The notes below the pieces were generated by a model that was not told where the DNA came from, did not search any database, and worked only from the letters and a program-made list of their open reading frames with translations. The position numbers were made by a program, and so were the translations under genes. From IMG/VR virus record IMGVR_UViG_3300045988_033237: a stretch of DNA of 39,249 bases; one strand, written 5' to 3'. The first letter of the stretch is position 1. Every line of letters begins with the position of its first letter. The stretch is from a virus. This document shows, in pieces, positions 1 through 8,085 of this stretch.

Positions 1-119
1 ACATAGGAAAGGAGAACGACATGGAAAAGAAATTCAATGAAGAAGTGTACAGAAACGGATCAGAAGTTGTTTGCGACGCCTGCGGATCTGTAATTAAACA
101 CATAAATGTGAAAGCAAGG
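1..119. repeat. Terminal direct overlap, copy 1 (identical to 39131..39249)
   Basis: Read by eye: acataggaaaggagaacgacatgg...aaagcaagg at 1..119 recurs exactly at the window end; implies a circular or terminally redundant 39,130-bp unit. Confidence 0.95.
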
Positions 120-398
120 ATCATCGCAAGACAGGCGGAAGGATTTAACGTGACAGAACAGTATTTTGCCTGTCAGGAATGCGGGAAGAAATACACAGTG
201 CTGATTGTAGATCATGAAATGCAGTTCTTGATTCAGAAGCGGCAGCAGGTGGAACGACAGATCAAACTGCATAGACAGATCCGAAGTCGGGCGCAGACGA
301 TCCAGCGTCTGGTCACAAAGATTGAAAAGATCAAGAAGCAGCAGGAAGAAAGAATGATTATGCTGAAGGAACAATACAAGGAGGAAATCGGATCATGA
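21..398 (+). CDS. Hypothetical zinc-ribbon-like protein with C-terminal coiled coil
   Basis: ATG after aggaaaggagaacgac RBS; two CxxC pairs (CDACGS, CQECGK) followed by a Lys/Gln/Glu-rich helical tail. Confidence 0.6.
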   Translation: MEKKFNEEVYRNGSEVVCDACGSVIKHINVKARIIARQAEGFNVTEQYFACQECGKKYTVLIVDHEMQFLIQKRQQVERQIKLHRQIRSRAQTIQRLVTKIEKIKKQQEERMIMLKEQYKEEIGS

Positions 399-586
399 TG
401 CAGATGAACATCGAAAGAATGATAAATGCAACAGGATCGTTGCTGATCTGGCTTGTGATGATACTGGCAGCAGTGATTCTTGCAGGTCTGATCATAATTG
501 CAGCAAAGGCAATCAGTCAGGGCATTAAAGATATGGACAGGAAAGGAGAAAGGAAAGATGCAGATAACAACACTTCCGAAAGATGA
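395..586 (+). CDS. Small membrane protein (one hydrophobic helix)
   Basis: ATGA overlap with upstream stop; LLIWLVMILAAVILAGLIIIAA hydrophobic segment. Confidence 0.5.
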   Translation: MMQMNIERMINATGSLLIWLVMILAAVILAGLIIIAAKAISQGIKDMDRKGERKDADNNTSER

Positions 587-950
587 TGTAAAAAGAGGAG
601 AAATCTATTATATAAGCCGGGGAGGATACAACACAGGAAGCGAACAGCAGGCAGACAGACCGGGCGTGATCGTCAGTAATGATAAAAATAATAAAAATAG
701 TCAGACATTGGAAGTTGTATATTTGACAACGCAGCCGAAGAATGAACTTCCGACACATTGCACGATTCGATCAACAGGGCGCGTCAGCACTGTTTTGTGT
801 GAACAGATCCACACAGTCGCTGTGGAACGCATTGGGAAATACATCGGAGTGTGTACAGCACAGGAGATGCAGAACATCGACATAGGGCTGATGATCTCGA
901 TCGGTTTAGGCGATGGGGGGGGCGACAAAGGACAAAACAGTTGTCGCTGA
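558..950 (+). CDS. PemK/MazF-family toxin-like protein (mRNA interferase fold)
   Basis: ATG 558 preceded by aggagaaagg; VKRGEIYY...RPGVIVSND...VVYLTT pattern typical of PemK/MazF; the 498 start in the ORF track is an upstream extension. Confidence 0.75.
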   Translation: MQITTLPKDDVKRGEIYYISRGGYNTGSEQQADRPGVIVSNDKNNKNSQTLEVVYLTTQPKNELPTHCTIRSTGRVSTVLCEQIHTVAVERIGKYIGVCTAQEMQNIDIGLMISIGLGDGGGDKGQNSCR

Positions 951-1104
951 TCAGAAAGAAGAGAAAAAAGCAGAGGAGAAAAAGACGGAAACGAAAGTCC
1001 AGATGGAAACAAACGAAGAACTGATCAAGGCAAGGACGGAAAGAGATATATTCAAGAAGCTGTATGAACAGATGACCGAAAGGCTGTTAGAAAGGCGAGA
1101 ATGA
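913..1104 (+). CDS. Hypothetical Lys/Glu-rich coiled-coil protein (possible antitoxin, or C-terminal extension of the MazF-like ORF)
   Basis: +1-frame ORF starting inside the G8 tract; ELIKARTERDIFKKLYEQMTERLLERR helix; alternative ATG at 1003. Confidence 0.35.
   Translation: MGGATKDKTVVADQKEEKKAEEKKTETKVQMETNEELIKARTERDIFKKLYEQMTERLLERRE
915..922. repeat. G8 homopolymer tract at junction of two overlapping reading frames
   Basis: cgat-gggggggg-cgac counted directly; lies in the 38-nt overlap between CDS 558..950 and ORF 913..1104. Confidence 0.95.
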
Positions 1105-1319
1105 GCAAAACACAGATTGTACTTGCGACAGGGGAAGTATACGACGTTGAAGACAAAGGAGAAAGAAGAATACTAATTCCGGTGGGATGCATAAAGCAGG
1201 AGGAAGAAAAGCATGAACAAAGTGATTTTAATGGGACGTTTAACACGGGATCCGCAGGTGAGATACACACAGGGGCAGGATTCAATGGCGATTGCAAGGT
1301 TTACACTTGCGGTCGATAG
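1101..1319 (+). CDS. Hypothetical small protein overlapping ssb start
   Basis: ATGA coupling to upstream stop; but 107 nt overlap with the well-supported ssb start makes the 3' part doubtful. Confidence 0.3.
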   Translation: MSKTQIVLATGEVYDVEDKGERRILIPVGCIKQEEEKHEQSDFNGTFNTGSAGEIHTGAGFNGDCKVYTCGR

Positions 1320-1647
1320 AAGAGGAAGAAAACAGGAAGGTCAGCAAGATGCTGACTTTCCTTCTTGCGTTGCTTTTGGGAAAAGTGCGGAATTTGTGGA
1401 AAAGTATGTGCATCAGGGAACGAAGATTGTATTGACTGGGCGGATCCAGACGGGAAGCTACACAAATAAAGACAATATCAAAGTATACACGACGGAAGTG
1501 ATCGCGGAAGACATTGAATTCGCAGAAAGCAAAGCGGCAGCAGAGGGATCCGGCGGAGCAGGAGGACATCAAAAACCGGAGCAGACGGAAAACGATGGAT
1601 TTATGAATATACCGGAAGGCATCGACGAAGAATTGCCTTTCAATTAG
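1213..1647 (+). CDS. ssb: Single-stranded DNA-binding protein
   Basis: MNKVILMGRLTRDPQVRY OB-fold N-terminus, Gly-rich linker, acidic tail IDEELPF; RBS aggaggaag. Confidence 0.9.
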   Translation: MNKVILMGRLTRDPQVRYTQGQDSMAIARFTLAVDRRGRKQEGQQDADFPSCVAFGKSAEFVEKYVHQGTKIVLTGRIQTGSYTNKDNIKVYTTEVIAEDIEFAESKAAAEGSGGAGGHQKPEQTENDGFMNIPEGIDEELPFN

Positions 1648-1670
1648 GCAAAAAGGAAGGATGTGACGAT

Positions 1671-2288
1671 ATGGGGCTGAAAGAAGCGTTTAGAAAAGTG
1701 GGACAGGTGATCGAAGAAACAAAAATGAAGATCGGAATGAAAAAATACAAAAAAGGCGGAATTCAGGTCGAAGAAAAAGACCAGAAGCCGGAAATGGTAA
1801 TTCCTATAAATGATATTCCGCTACCGGAAGAAAAAAGGGAAACAGAAGATGCAGAAATCCGAAAAATCGAAGATCTTCCGGCATATGAAGACAGAAAATT
1901 TTATATTGCGGCTAAAATGCAGGTTGAACCGGAGGAAGTGGAAAAAGTGATCAGAAAAACGGAAGCAGAATGGAATCTGTCGCCAGATAAGGCGGCAGAA
2001 ACATTGAAAATGATCAGTGATGCAGCCGTGAAGCTGAATATGGCATTTGCAGAAATGATGGAGAATATACGGCGGGTGGCTGACAAAATATCAGAGGTTT
2101 TCAGACGTATACATGAAAATAATACGATGACAGAAACACAGATCAGAAAAAGAGAATTATGGCGGCGATATTATGAGGAGAAAAGCCGGATGTCAAACAA
2201 TGAGCGCAGAAGGCGAGGAATTCCGATGGTAAAACGACCAAAACGGCAGCAGTATAGACCGCCGAAAAAGAAGACAACAAAAGGATAA
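1671..2288 (+). CDS. Hypothetical protein (acidic N-half, strongly basic C-terminus)
   Basis: Long ORF with RBS aaaggaaggatg; no recognisable motif. Confidence 0.6.
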   Translation: MGLKEAFRKVGQVIEETKMKIGMKKYKKGGIQVEEKDQKPEMVIPINDIPLPEEKRETEDAEIRKIEDLPAYEDRKFYIAAKMQVEPEEVEKVIRKTEAEWNLSPDKAAETLKMISDAAVKLNMAFAEMMENIRRVADKISEVFRRIHENNTMTETQIRKRELWRRYYEEKSRMSNNERRRRGIPMVKRPKRQQYRPPKKKTTKG

Positions 2289-2303
2289 TAAAGGAAGGAT
2301 GGT

Positions 2304-2804
2304 GTGGCAAATATGGAGCAGGAAAAGGAAAAGAATGAAGAAACCTTCGTGAAGAAGGTGGTGCAGACAGCACTGGAAGCGGAAAGACAGATCCGCAGGC
2401 AGCAGGTACTGCACAACACACGGATGCTGATGGAAGAATACATCGAAATGAAAAGACATATTGAAAGCGCAGTATCAGAGGAAGAAGAACTGAAGGAAGA
2501 ACAGTATGATGTATTCAGAGGAGAAGGCGCACATCTTGGAAGCGTTCGCAGATCAAAAATGAAGACAGCGATGATGATTGCGAATATTGACAGAGCAATG
2601 GAAGAACTGCGGGCGGAATATGAAACGAAAGAAATGATATACAAATACGATGCATTTAAGATGCATTATATTGATGGTGTATCGTATGAAGAGATTGCAG
2701 ACATCCAGAACTGCGGAAAGAACACACCGTCCAGATGGTCAAAAGAATTGATCAGGAAAATGTCAGTGAAGTTATTCGGGATAGATGGCGTTGAAAAATA
2801 TTAA
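2304..2804 (+). CDS. Sigma-70 region-4 / ArpU-like phage late transcription regulator
   Basis: C-terminal HTH-like YIDGVSYEEIADIQNCGKNTPSRWSKELIRKM; sits immediately upstream of the packaging module; GTG 2304 or ATG 2313. Confidence 0.5.
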   Translation: MANMEQEKEKNEETFVKKVVQTALEAERQIRRQQVLHNTRMLMEEYIEMKRHIESAVSEEEELKEEQYDVFRGEGAHLGSVRRSKMKTAMMIANIDRAMEELRAEYETKEMIYKYDAFKMHYIDGVSYEEIADIQNCGKNTPSRWSKELIRKMSVKLFGIDGVEKY

Positions 2805-2830
2805 AAAAGAAATCCTTTTTGCTTTTCTTT

Positions 2831-2874
2831 TTGGGGAAAAGTTGGGGAAACGCTGGGGTTTTAATGGTGGGATG
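2831..2874. repeat. Four 11-bp phased G-run repeats (ttggggaaaag / ttggggaaacg / ctggggtttta / atggtgggatg)
   Basis: Read directly; TGGGG cores start at 2832, 2843 and 2854, a degenerate copy at 2865; period 11 bp. Confidence 0.7.
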
Positions 2875-2910
2875 AAAGATGTAAACTGATAGCGTGGAAA
2901 GTTGCAAGAA

Positions 2911-2943
2911 GCGATTGTACAGAAATGTGCAGTCGCTTTTTTA
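2911..2943 (+). terminator. Candidate rho-independent terminator
   Basis: gcgattg (2911-2917) pairs with cagtcgc (2930-2936, one G-U), followed by tttttta. Confidence 0.45.
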
Positions 2944-3036
2944 TTGCCATTTCCACGCCCTTCTGAACACTGCGACGGGCATCTGCAAAGATGCCTGCGT
3001 GCAGTGTGTATATAGCACGAAAGAAGGTGGTACATA

Positions 3037-3504
3037 GTGCTATTACACAGATGTAAATGCGGGGCATTGATACCGCAGGAATTACGCCTGTGTCCGGACT
3101 GCGAAGCAAAGGAAAGCGACAAGATGTCAAGGCATATGGAATACAATCTGCGCCGAAGAAATAAGAAAGCGGCGGCTTTCTATGTGTCGGCGGAATGGCG
3201 CAAAGTACGGGCGTTTGCACTGTCTTTATATGACAGCTTGGATATGTATGCGTACTATGTTCAACACAAGATTGTTGTGGCTGACATGGTACACCACATC
3301 ACGGAGATAGAAGAAGACTGGACACAACGTTTGAACGTGGAAAACCTATTCCCGTTAAGCAATGGAAACCACGGGATCATCAGTGCGCTGTACAAGAAGG
3401 ATGAAGCAACGAAAAGACAGACGCAAGAGCTGCTGCGGAACATTATCCGGCAGCACTGGAAAGGGGTAGGGGGTATCGAAAAAGTTTTGACCGGGCTTGA
3501 TTAG
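3037..3504 (+). CDS. HNH endonuclease (terminase-associated)
   Basis: GTG start after aagaaggtgg; N-terminal CxxC...CxxC, then DMVHHITEIEEDW...NLFPLSNGNH HNH core; located directly upstream of terS. Confidence 0.8.
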   Translation: MLLHRCKCGALIPQELRLCPDCEAKESDKMSRHMEYNLRRRNKKAAAFYVSAEWRKVRAFALSLYDSLDMYAYYVQHKIVVADMVHHITEIEEDWTQRLNVENLFPLSNGNHGIISALYKKDEATKRQTQELLRNIIRQHWKGVGGIEKVLTGLD

Positions 3505-3571
3505 TCGCGCCCCCTCTATTCTGTGGAGAAAACTCCCCACGGAAATTTCAGATATAAGGGCAAACGGTCAT

Positions 3572-3588
3572 GTGTCAGATTCTGACAC
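3572..3588. promoter_or_regulatory. 17-bp palindrome gtgtcaga-t-tctgacac in the HNH-terS spacer (candidate cos/terminase recognition element)
   Basis: 8-bp perfect arms read directly; role inferred only from position. Confidence 0.3.
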
Positions 3589-3627
3589 AATCCGCAAGGA
3601 AAAGCAGCGGGAAAGGAGGTCGATATA

Positions 3628-4155
3628 ATGGCAGGACAACGACAGCCGATCGCGCTGGTACAAGCAAAAGGGAAGAAACATCTGACAAAGGCAGAGATCG
3701 CAGAAAGAGAACAGACGGAAGTGAAAGCACCGTCGGACAGAGTGACGCCGCCGTCATACCTGACAGCTACGCAGAAAAAGGCATTCAGAAAAACGGTGAA
3801 AGAACTGCGGGAGATCGACCTGATTTCAAACTTGGACGTGGAAGCACTGGCGCGGTTAGTGATCGCGCAGGAGAAATACAGAGAAGTGACAGAAACGATC
3901 GCAAAGCAGCCACTGATGGTAACTGCGGCATACGACACAGGAAAAAAAGATGCAGAAGGCTATCCGATCATGGCAGAACATGAGGTTGTGAACAGTCAGG
4001 TGGAACGTCTGGCGATCATTCAGGACAGGTATTTCAAACAGTGCCGACAGGGTGCAGCAGATTTTGGACTGACAGTATCGTCAAGATGCCGCCTGATTAT
4101 TCCAAAAGCACCGGAAGCACCGAAGACAAACAAATTTAAAGACAAGTTTGCGTGA
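3628..4155 (+). CDS. terS: Terminase small subunit, P27 family
   Basis: MAGQRQPIALVQAKGKKHLTKAEI...TATQKKAFRKTVKEL...LDVEALARLV pattern typical of P27-type TerS; RBS ggaaaggaggtcg. Confidence 0.85.
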   Translation: MAGQRQPIALVQAKGKKHLTKAEIAEREQTEVKAPSDRVTPPSYLTATQKKAFRKTVKELREIDLISNLDVEALARLVIAQEKYREVTETIAKQPLMVTAAYDTGKKDAEGYPIMAEHEVVNSQVERLAIIQDRYFKQCRQGAADFGLTVSSRCRLIIPKAPEAPKTNKFKDKFA

Positions 4156-5902
4156 TGATGCGATGCAGGACAGAACGACACAGTACGCTGCGGATGTCCT
4201 TGCGGGAAAAATAATTGCCGGGGATCTGGTAAAACTTGCCTGCAAGCGTCATCTGGACGACATCGAAAAGTCAAAGGCTGCGCCATATAAATACTATTTT
4301 GATGTGGAGCAGGCGGAAAGAATCATTGAATTCGCTGAAACATTGACCATCGCAGAAGGCGAAGAGGAAGAACAGGTCGAATGTTACGCATTCCAGTGTT
4401 TTATTCTCGGAAATCTGAACGGATGGCGGACAAAAACAGGCGGACACAGAAGATTCCGAACATCATATGTGCAACTTGGAAGACAGAACGGCAAATCTTT
4501 TCTGAATGGAATTCTGGCTGCATATTACGGAAATTTTGAGAAGTACAAATACGGTCAGATATACTGCACAGCAACGAAAAAAGATCAGTCACTGATCGTA
4601 TTCAATGAAATTGTGAAGTTTATCCGGTCGGATCCTGATCTGGATGAATGCTTCAATGTACACGAACACAACAGCACAATAGATTGTTTGCTGACGCATA
4701 GCAAAATAAAGGCACTTTCAGGAGATACGAAGTCAATCGACGGATTCCGCCCGTATCTCGGAATTGTTGATGAATACCATGCACACAAAAATGACCAGAT
4801 GTACAAACTTCTGGAAGGCGGAATCAAGAAGATGAAATCTGCGTTGATCAGCGTGATCACGACAGCAGGGTTCGATCTGAAGTCACCATGCTATGCGCTG
4901 TATGAATATTGCGTGAAGGTACTGAAAGGCATTGCACACAATGATTCGCAGTTTGTATACATCGCACAAATGGATGAAACAGACGACATGTGGACGCCGA
5001 AGAACTGGATCAAGGCGAATCCGATCCTGCAATATGATCTGGAAGCACTTGAAAACATGGTTCCGATTGCTGAAACAGCGAAAGAAATGGGCGGATCCAG
5101 TTTGCGCGATTTCATTGTGAAACAGCTGAACATGTGGATTCAATGGACGAATGATGTCTATCTGAAAGATATGGAATTGTGGCAAAATGGCGCGACAAAG
5201 AAGACACTAGAGGATTTTCGGGGACAGAAGTGCTATGTGGGGCTGGATCTTTCTGCTGGCGGAGATTTGACATCACTGGCGATCGTATTTCCGTTCTTGA
5301 AAGATGATGTCAGAAAATATTTTGTTCATGCGCACAGTTTCATACCGAAAAGAAGGGTTGAAGAACATATCAAAACAGACCGGACGGAATATGACTTATG
5401 GATCCGCGACGGACTTGTGACGGTAACAGAAACGATGGGCGGGGTAAAAACTGACTATCGGTATATTTTAACCTACTTGGAAAAAATCATCACCGATTAT
5501 GAACTGGATGTGCAATTTATTCTTTACGATCCGCATAATGCGTCAGCTTTCTTGACGGATCTGGAAGCGTTGGGATTCGACAGCGTGGCTGTAACACAGT
5601 CAGCAAAGGCACTGAATGATGCAACGGTTGACTTCAGACTTGAAATTGAATCAGGAAATGTGGAACACGATGGAAACGCGATGATCAAATGGTCGATCGC
5701 GAATGCAAAGACAACTTCCAACAGTTTCGGAGAAATCAAGATCGACAAAGAGTATCAGACAGAACGAATCGACGTGATAGATGCGATCATTGACGCATGG
5801 ACAGCTGCAATGAAAGGCGAAGTGAAACAGAATACAGCAGAATCGGTCGAAGAATGGCTGAAACTATATGAAGCAAGTAAGAAAAAACAGGCGAGGGGGT
5901 GA
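4148..5902 (+). CDS. terL: Terminase large subunit
   Basis: Length, position, Walker-A-like QLGRQNGKS and acidic IVDEYH segment; TTG 4148 per track, first ATG at 4163. Confidence 0.9.
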   Translation: MRDDAMQDRTTQYAADVLAGKIIAGDLVKLACKRHLDDIEKSKAAPYKYYFDVEQAERIIEFAETLTIAEGEEEEQVECYAFQCFILGNLNGWRTKTGGHRRFRTSYVQLGRQNGKSFLNGILAAYYGNFEKYKYGQIYCTATKKDQSLIVFNEIVKFIRSDPDLDECFNVHEHNSTIDCLLTHSKIKALSGDTKSIDGFRPYLGIVDEYHAHKNDQMYKLLEGGIKKMKSALISVITTAGFDLKSPCYALYEYCVKVLKGIAHNDSQFVYIAQMDETDDMWTPKNWIKANPILQYDLEALENMVPIAETAKEMGGSSLRDFIVKQLNMWIQWTNDVYLKDMELWQNGATKKTLEDFRGQKCYVGLDLSAGGDLTSLAIVFPFLKDDVRKYFVHAHSFIPKRRVEEHIKTDRTEYDLWIRDGLVTVTETMGGVKTDYRYILTYLEKIITDYELDVQFILYDPHNASAFLTDLEALGFDSVAVTQSAKALNDATVDFRLEIESGNVEHDGNAMIKWSIANAKTTSNSFGEIKIDKEYQTERIDVIDAIIDAWTAAMKGEVKQNTAESVEEWLKLYEASKKKQARG

Positions 5903-5908
5903 TGCGGG

Positions 5909-7324
5909 TTGAATGTATGGCAGAAGTTCAAAGGGTGGATTGCAAAAAAAATGAACTTCACCGTGGAAACATCACCAGCGATGAAGGAAGAATCATTTCT
6001 TGAATGGCTTGGTGTGAAAAGAAAAAACAAGGATGTGATGGCGGAAGTAACGTACTTCACATGTTTGAAAATGATGTCTGAAACGCTGGCAAAAATACCG
6101 TGGAAATATTATCAAAAAACTGAAAAAGGGATCATTGAACCAGAACTGTCGGATGTTGCGAAACTGCTGAAAAACAGACCGAATCCGTTTATGACGCCCA
6201 CAGCTTTCTGGAATGCCGTGGAAATGAACCGAAATCACTTCGGAAATGCGTATGTATATGTCAGGTCGAAGTTCAAAAGAAAAAAATACGGCGGAGAATA
6301 CAAAGTCATGGACTTGTGGATTATGCCGTCGAACTGCGTGCAGATTGTAGTGGATGATGAAGGATACTTCGGAGGAAGAGGAAAGATCTGGTATGTCTAC
6401 AACGATAAATACAGCGGGCAGCAATATGTGTTCGGGACAGATGAAGTTCTGCATTTCAAGACATCACACAGCTTGGATGGTATTACGGGGCTTCCTGTGC
6501 AGGCGATATTGAAGACGACTGTGGAGGGCGCAGCGGCATCACAGGACTATCTGAACAGCTTATATGAAAGCGGACTGACTGGGAAAGCAACACTGGAATA
6601 CACAGGAGATCTGAACAAAGATTTAAAAGAAAAACTGGTGCAGGCATTTGAAGAATTCGGATCAGGCGCAAAAAATGCAGGAAAAATCATTCCGGTTCCG
6701 CTTGGGATGAAGCTGACGCCACTGGATATTAAACTTTCGGACAGTCAGTTCATCGAACTAAAGAAATATTCAGCACTTCAGATCGCAGCTGCATTCGGAA
6801 TCAAGCCGAATCAGATCAATGATTACACAAAATCTTCGTACAGCAACAGCGAAATGCAGCAGTTGTCATTCCTAACAGACACGATGCTTTTTGTATTAAA
6901 GCAGTACGAAGAAGAGGTCAATTATAAGTTATTGACAGATGAAGAAGCCTTCAGCGAAGGAAAATATTACAAACTGAATGAAAAAGTTCTGCTAAGAACT
7001 GACAGCAAGACACAGATGGAGATTTTCGCAACAGGTGTCCAGAATGGAATTCAAAAAGTGAATGAATGCCGACGAAAACTGGATCTGATGGATGCAGAAG
7101 GCGGTGATCAGCTGATCGTGAACGGAAATTATATTCCGATCACAGAAGTTGGAAAGCAGTACGAAAAAGCGGGAAATGCACAGCAGCAAAGCGTGCTTCC
7201 TATACAGCCGGAAACGGATCAGAAAACGCAGAAGGATCCGGAAGAAGGAGATCAGGCAGACACGACCGGAACAGAACCTGATGAAAAAGAATCGCAGGAA
7301 GGAGGGGAAAACGATGAAGAATAA
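5909..7324 (+). CDS. Portal protein, HK97 family
   Basis: 471 aa directly after terL; acidic C-terminal tail; TTG start. Confidence 0.9.
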   Translation: MNVWQKFKGWIAKKMNFTVETSPAMKEESFLEWLGVKRKNKDVMAEVTYFTCLKMMSETLAKIPWKYYQKTEKGIIEPELSDVAKLLKNRPNPFMTPTAFWNAVEMNRNHFGNAYVYVRSKFKRKKYGGEYKVMDLWIMPSNCVQIVVDDEGYFGGRGKIWYVYNDKYSGQQYVFGTDEVLHFKTSHSLDGITGLPVQAILKTTVEGAAASQDYLNSLYESGLTGKATLEYTGDLNKDLKEKLVQAFEEFGSGAKNAGKIIPVPLGMKLTPLDIKLSDSQFIELKKYSALQIAAAFGIKPNQINDYTKSSYSNSEMQQLSFLTDTMLFVLKQYEEEVNYKLLTDEEAFSEGKYYKLNEKVLLRTDSKTQMEIFATGVQNGIQKVNECRRKLDLMDAEGGDQLIVNGNYIPITEVGKQYEKAGNAQQQSVLPIQPETDQKTQKDPEEGDQADTTGTEPDEKESQEGGENDEE

Positions 7325-8072
7325 ATTCAATTTTTCACGGAGAAATCCAAAAACAAAGAAGATTGAAAATACTGGATTTATGGAATTCAGAAATGTATCG
7401 AATAATGCAGCAGACCTGTATATATACGGTGACATTGTTTCTTCAACATGGGAAGCATGGTGCGATGAAGATACATGCCCGCAGGATATATCGGATTTTA
7501 TGAATCAGATTGAACCGGGGGCTGAACTGACGGTGTACATCAACAGTGGCGGTGGTGACGTATTTGCCGGGATAGCGATTCACAGCATTTTATCACGGCA
7601 TACCGGACATAAAACAGGCATCGTGGACGGAATGGCTGCGTCGATCGCATCCGTGATCCTGATGGCTTGTGATTCGATTGTAATGTCATCGGGAGCGCAG
7701 ATCATGATTCACAAACCGCTGTCATGGGCATATGGAAATGCGGATGATTTTCAGCGGCTGATCAGTGAACTGGATAAATGTCAGAAAAGCATCACGGACA
7801 TATATATGGGACGAGTGAAAGAAGGCGTGACAGAAGAACAAGTCACAGATCTGATCAATGCCGAAACATGGATGACGGCAGAGGAAGCAAAGGAAATCTT
7901 CGATGTGCAGATCGAAGAACGTCCAGCGGTCGCCGCCTGTGTTGGCTGGATGATGGAGAATTTCAAAAAAGCACCGGAAGGCATTAAAACACAAAGCGCA
8001 GATGATGTGACGGCGAAGATTACAGCCGAAGAAGAAGCGATCATCGAAGAAATGGAACTTTTCGGAATCTAA
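7314..8072 (+). CDS. Prohead maturation protease, ClpP (S14) type
   Basis: ATG 7314 after aggagggg; YINSGGGDVFAG...GMAASIASVILMA...IMIHKP Ser/His motifs; residues encoded from 7149..7313 are a portal-overlap extension. Confidence 0.9.
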   Translation: MKNKFNFSRRNPKTKKIENTGFMEFRNVSNNAADLYIYGDIVSSTWEAWCDEDTCPQDISDFMNQIEPGAELTVYINSGGGDVFAGIAIHSILSRHTGHKTGIVDGMAASIASVILMACDSIVMSSGAQIMIHKPLSWAYGNADDFQRLISELDKCQKSITDIYMGRVKEGVTEEQVTDLINAETWMTAEEAKEIFDVQIEERPAVAACVGWMMENFKKAPEGIKTQSADDVTAKITAEEEAIIEEMELFGI

Positions 8073-8085
8073 GGAGGAAAACAGA

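Noticed and set aside
1-119. The terminal 119-bp repeat as a biological long terminal repeat or att site
   Set aside because: Exact identity, with reading frames continuing across the junction, is most simply the overlap of a circularised assembly. Physical direct terminal repeats cannot be excluded without read-end data.
2832-2872. G-quadruplex interpretation of the four G-runs
   Set aside because: The fourth run is only GGG and is separated by a 10-nt loop. The strict 11-bp phasing is better described as a protein-binding repeat array, so it is kept as a repeat finding only.
3570-3983. 137-aa + strand ORF overlapping the TerS gene in another frame
   Set aside because: It is Arg/Gly/Asp-rich and low-complexity. 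The overlapping frame (3628..4155) has a strong RBS and P27 TerS features.
7149-7313. N-terminal 55-codon extension of the protease ORF; likewise 498..557 for the MazF-like ORF
   Set aside because: The extensions overlap the upstream genes, are Arg/Lys-rich junk and lack RBSs. The internal ATGs at 7314 and 558 have good RBSs and give family-typical N-termini.
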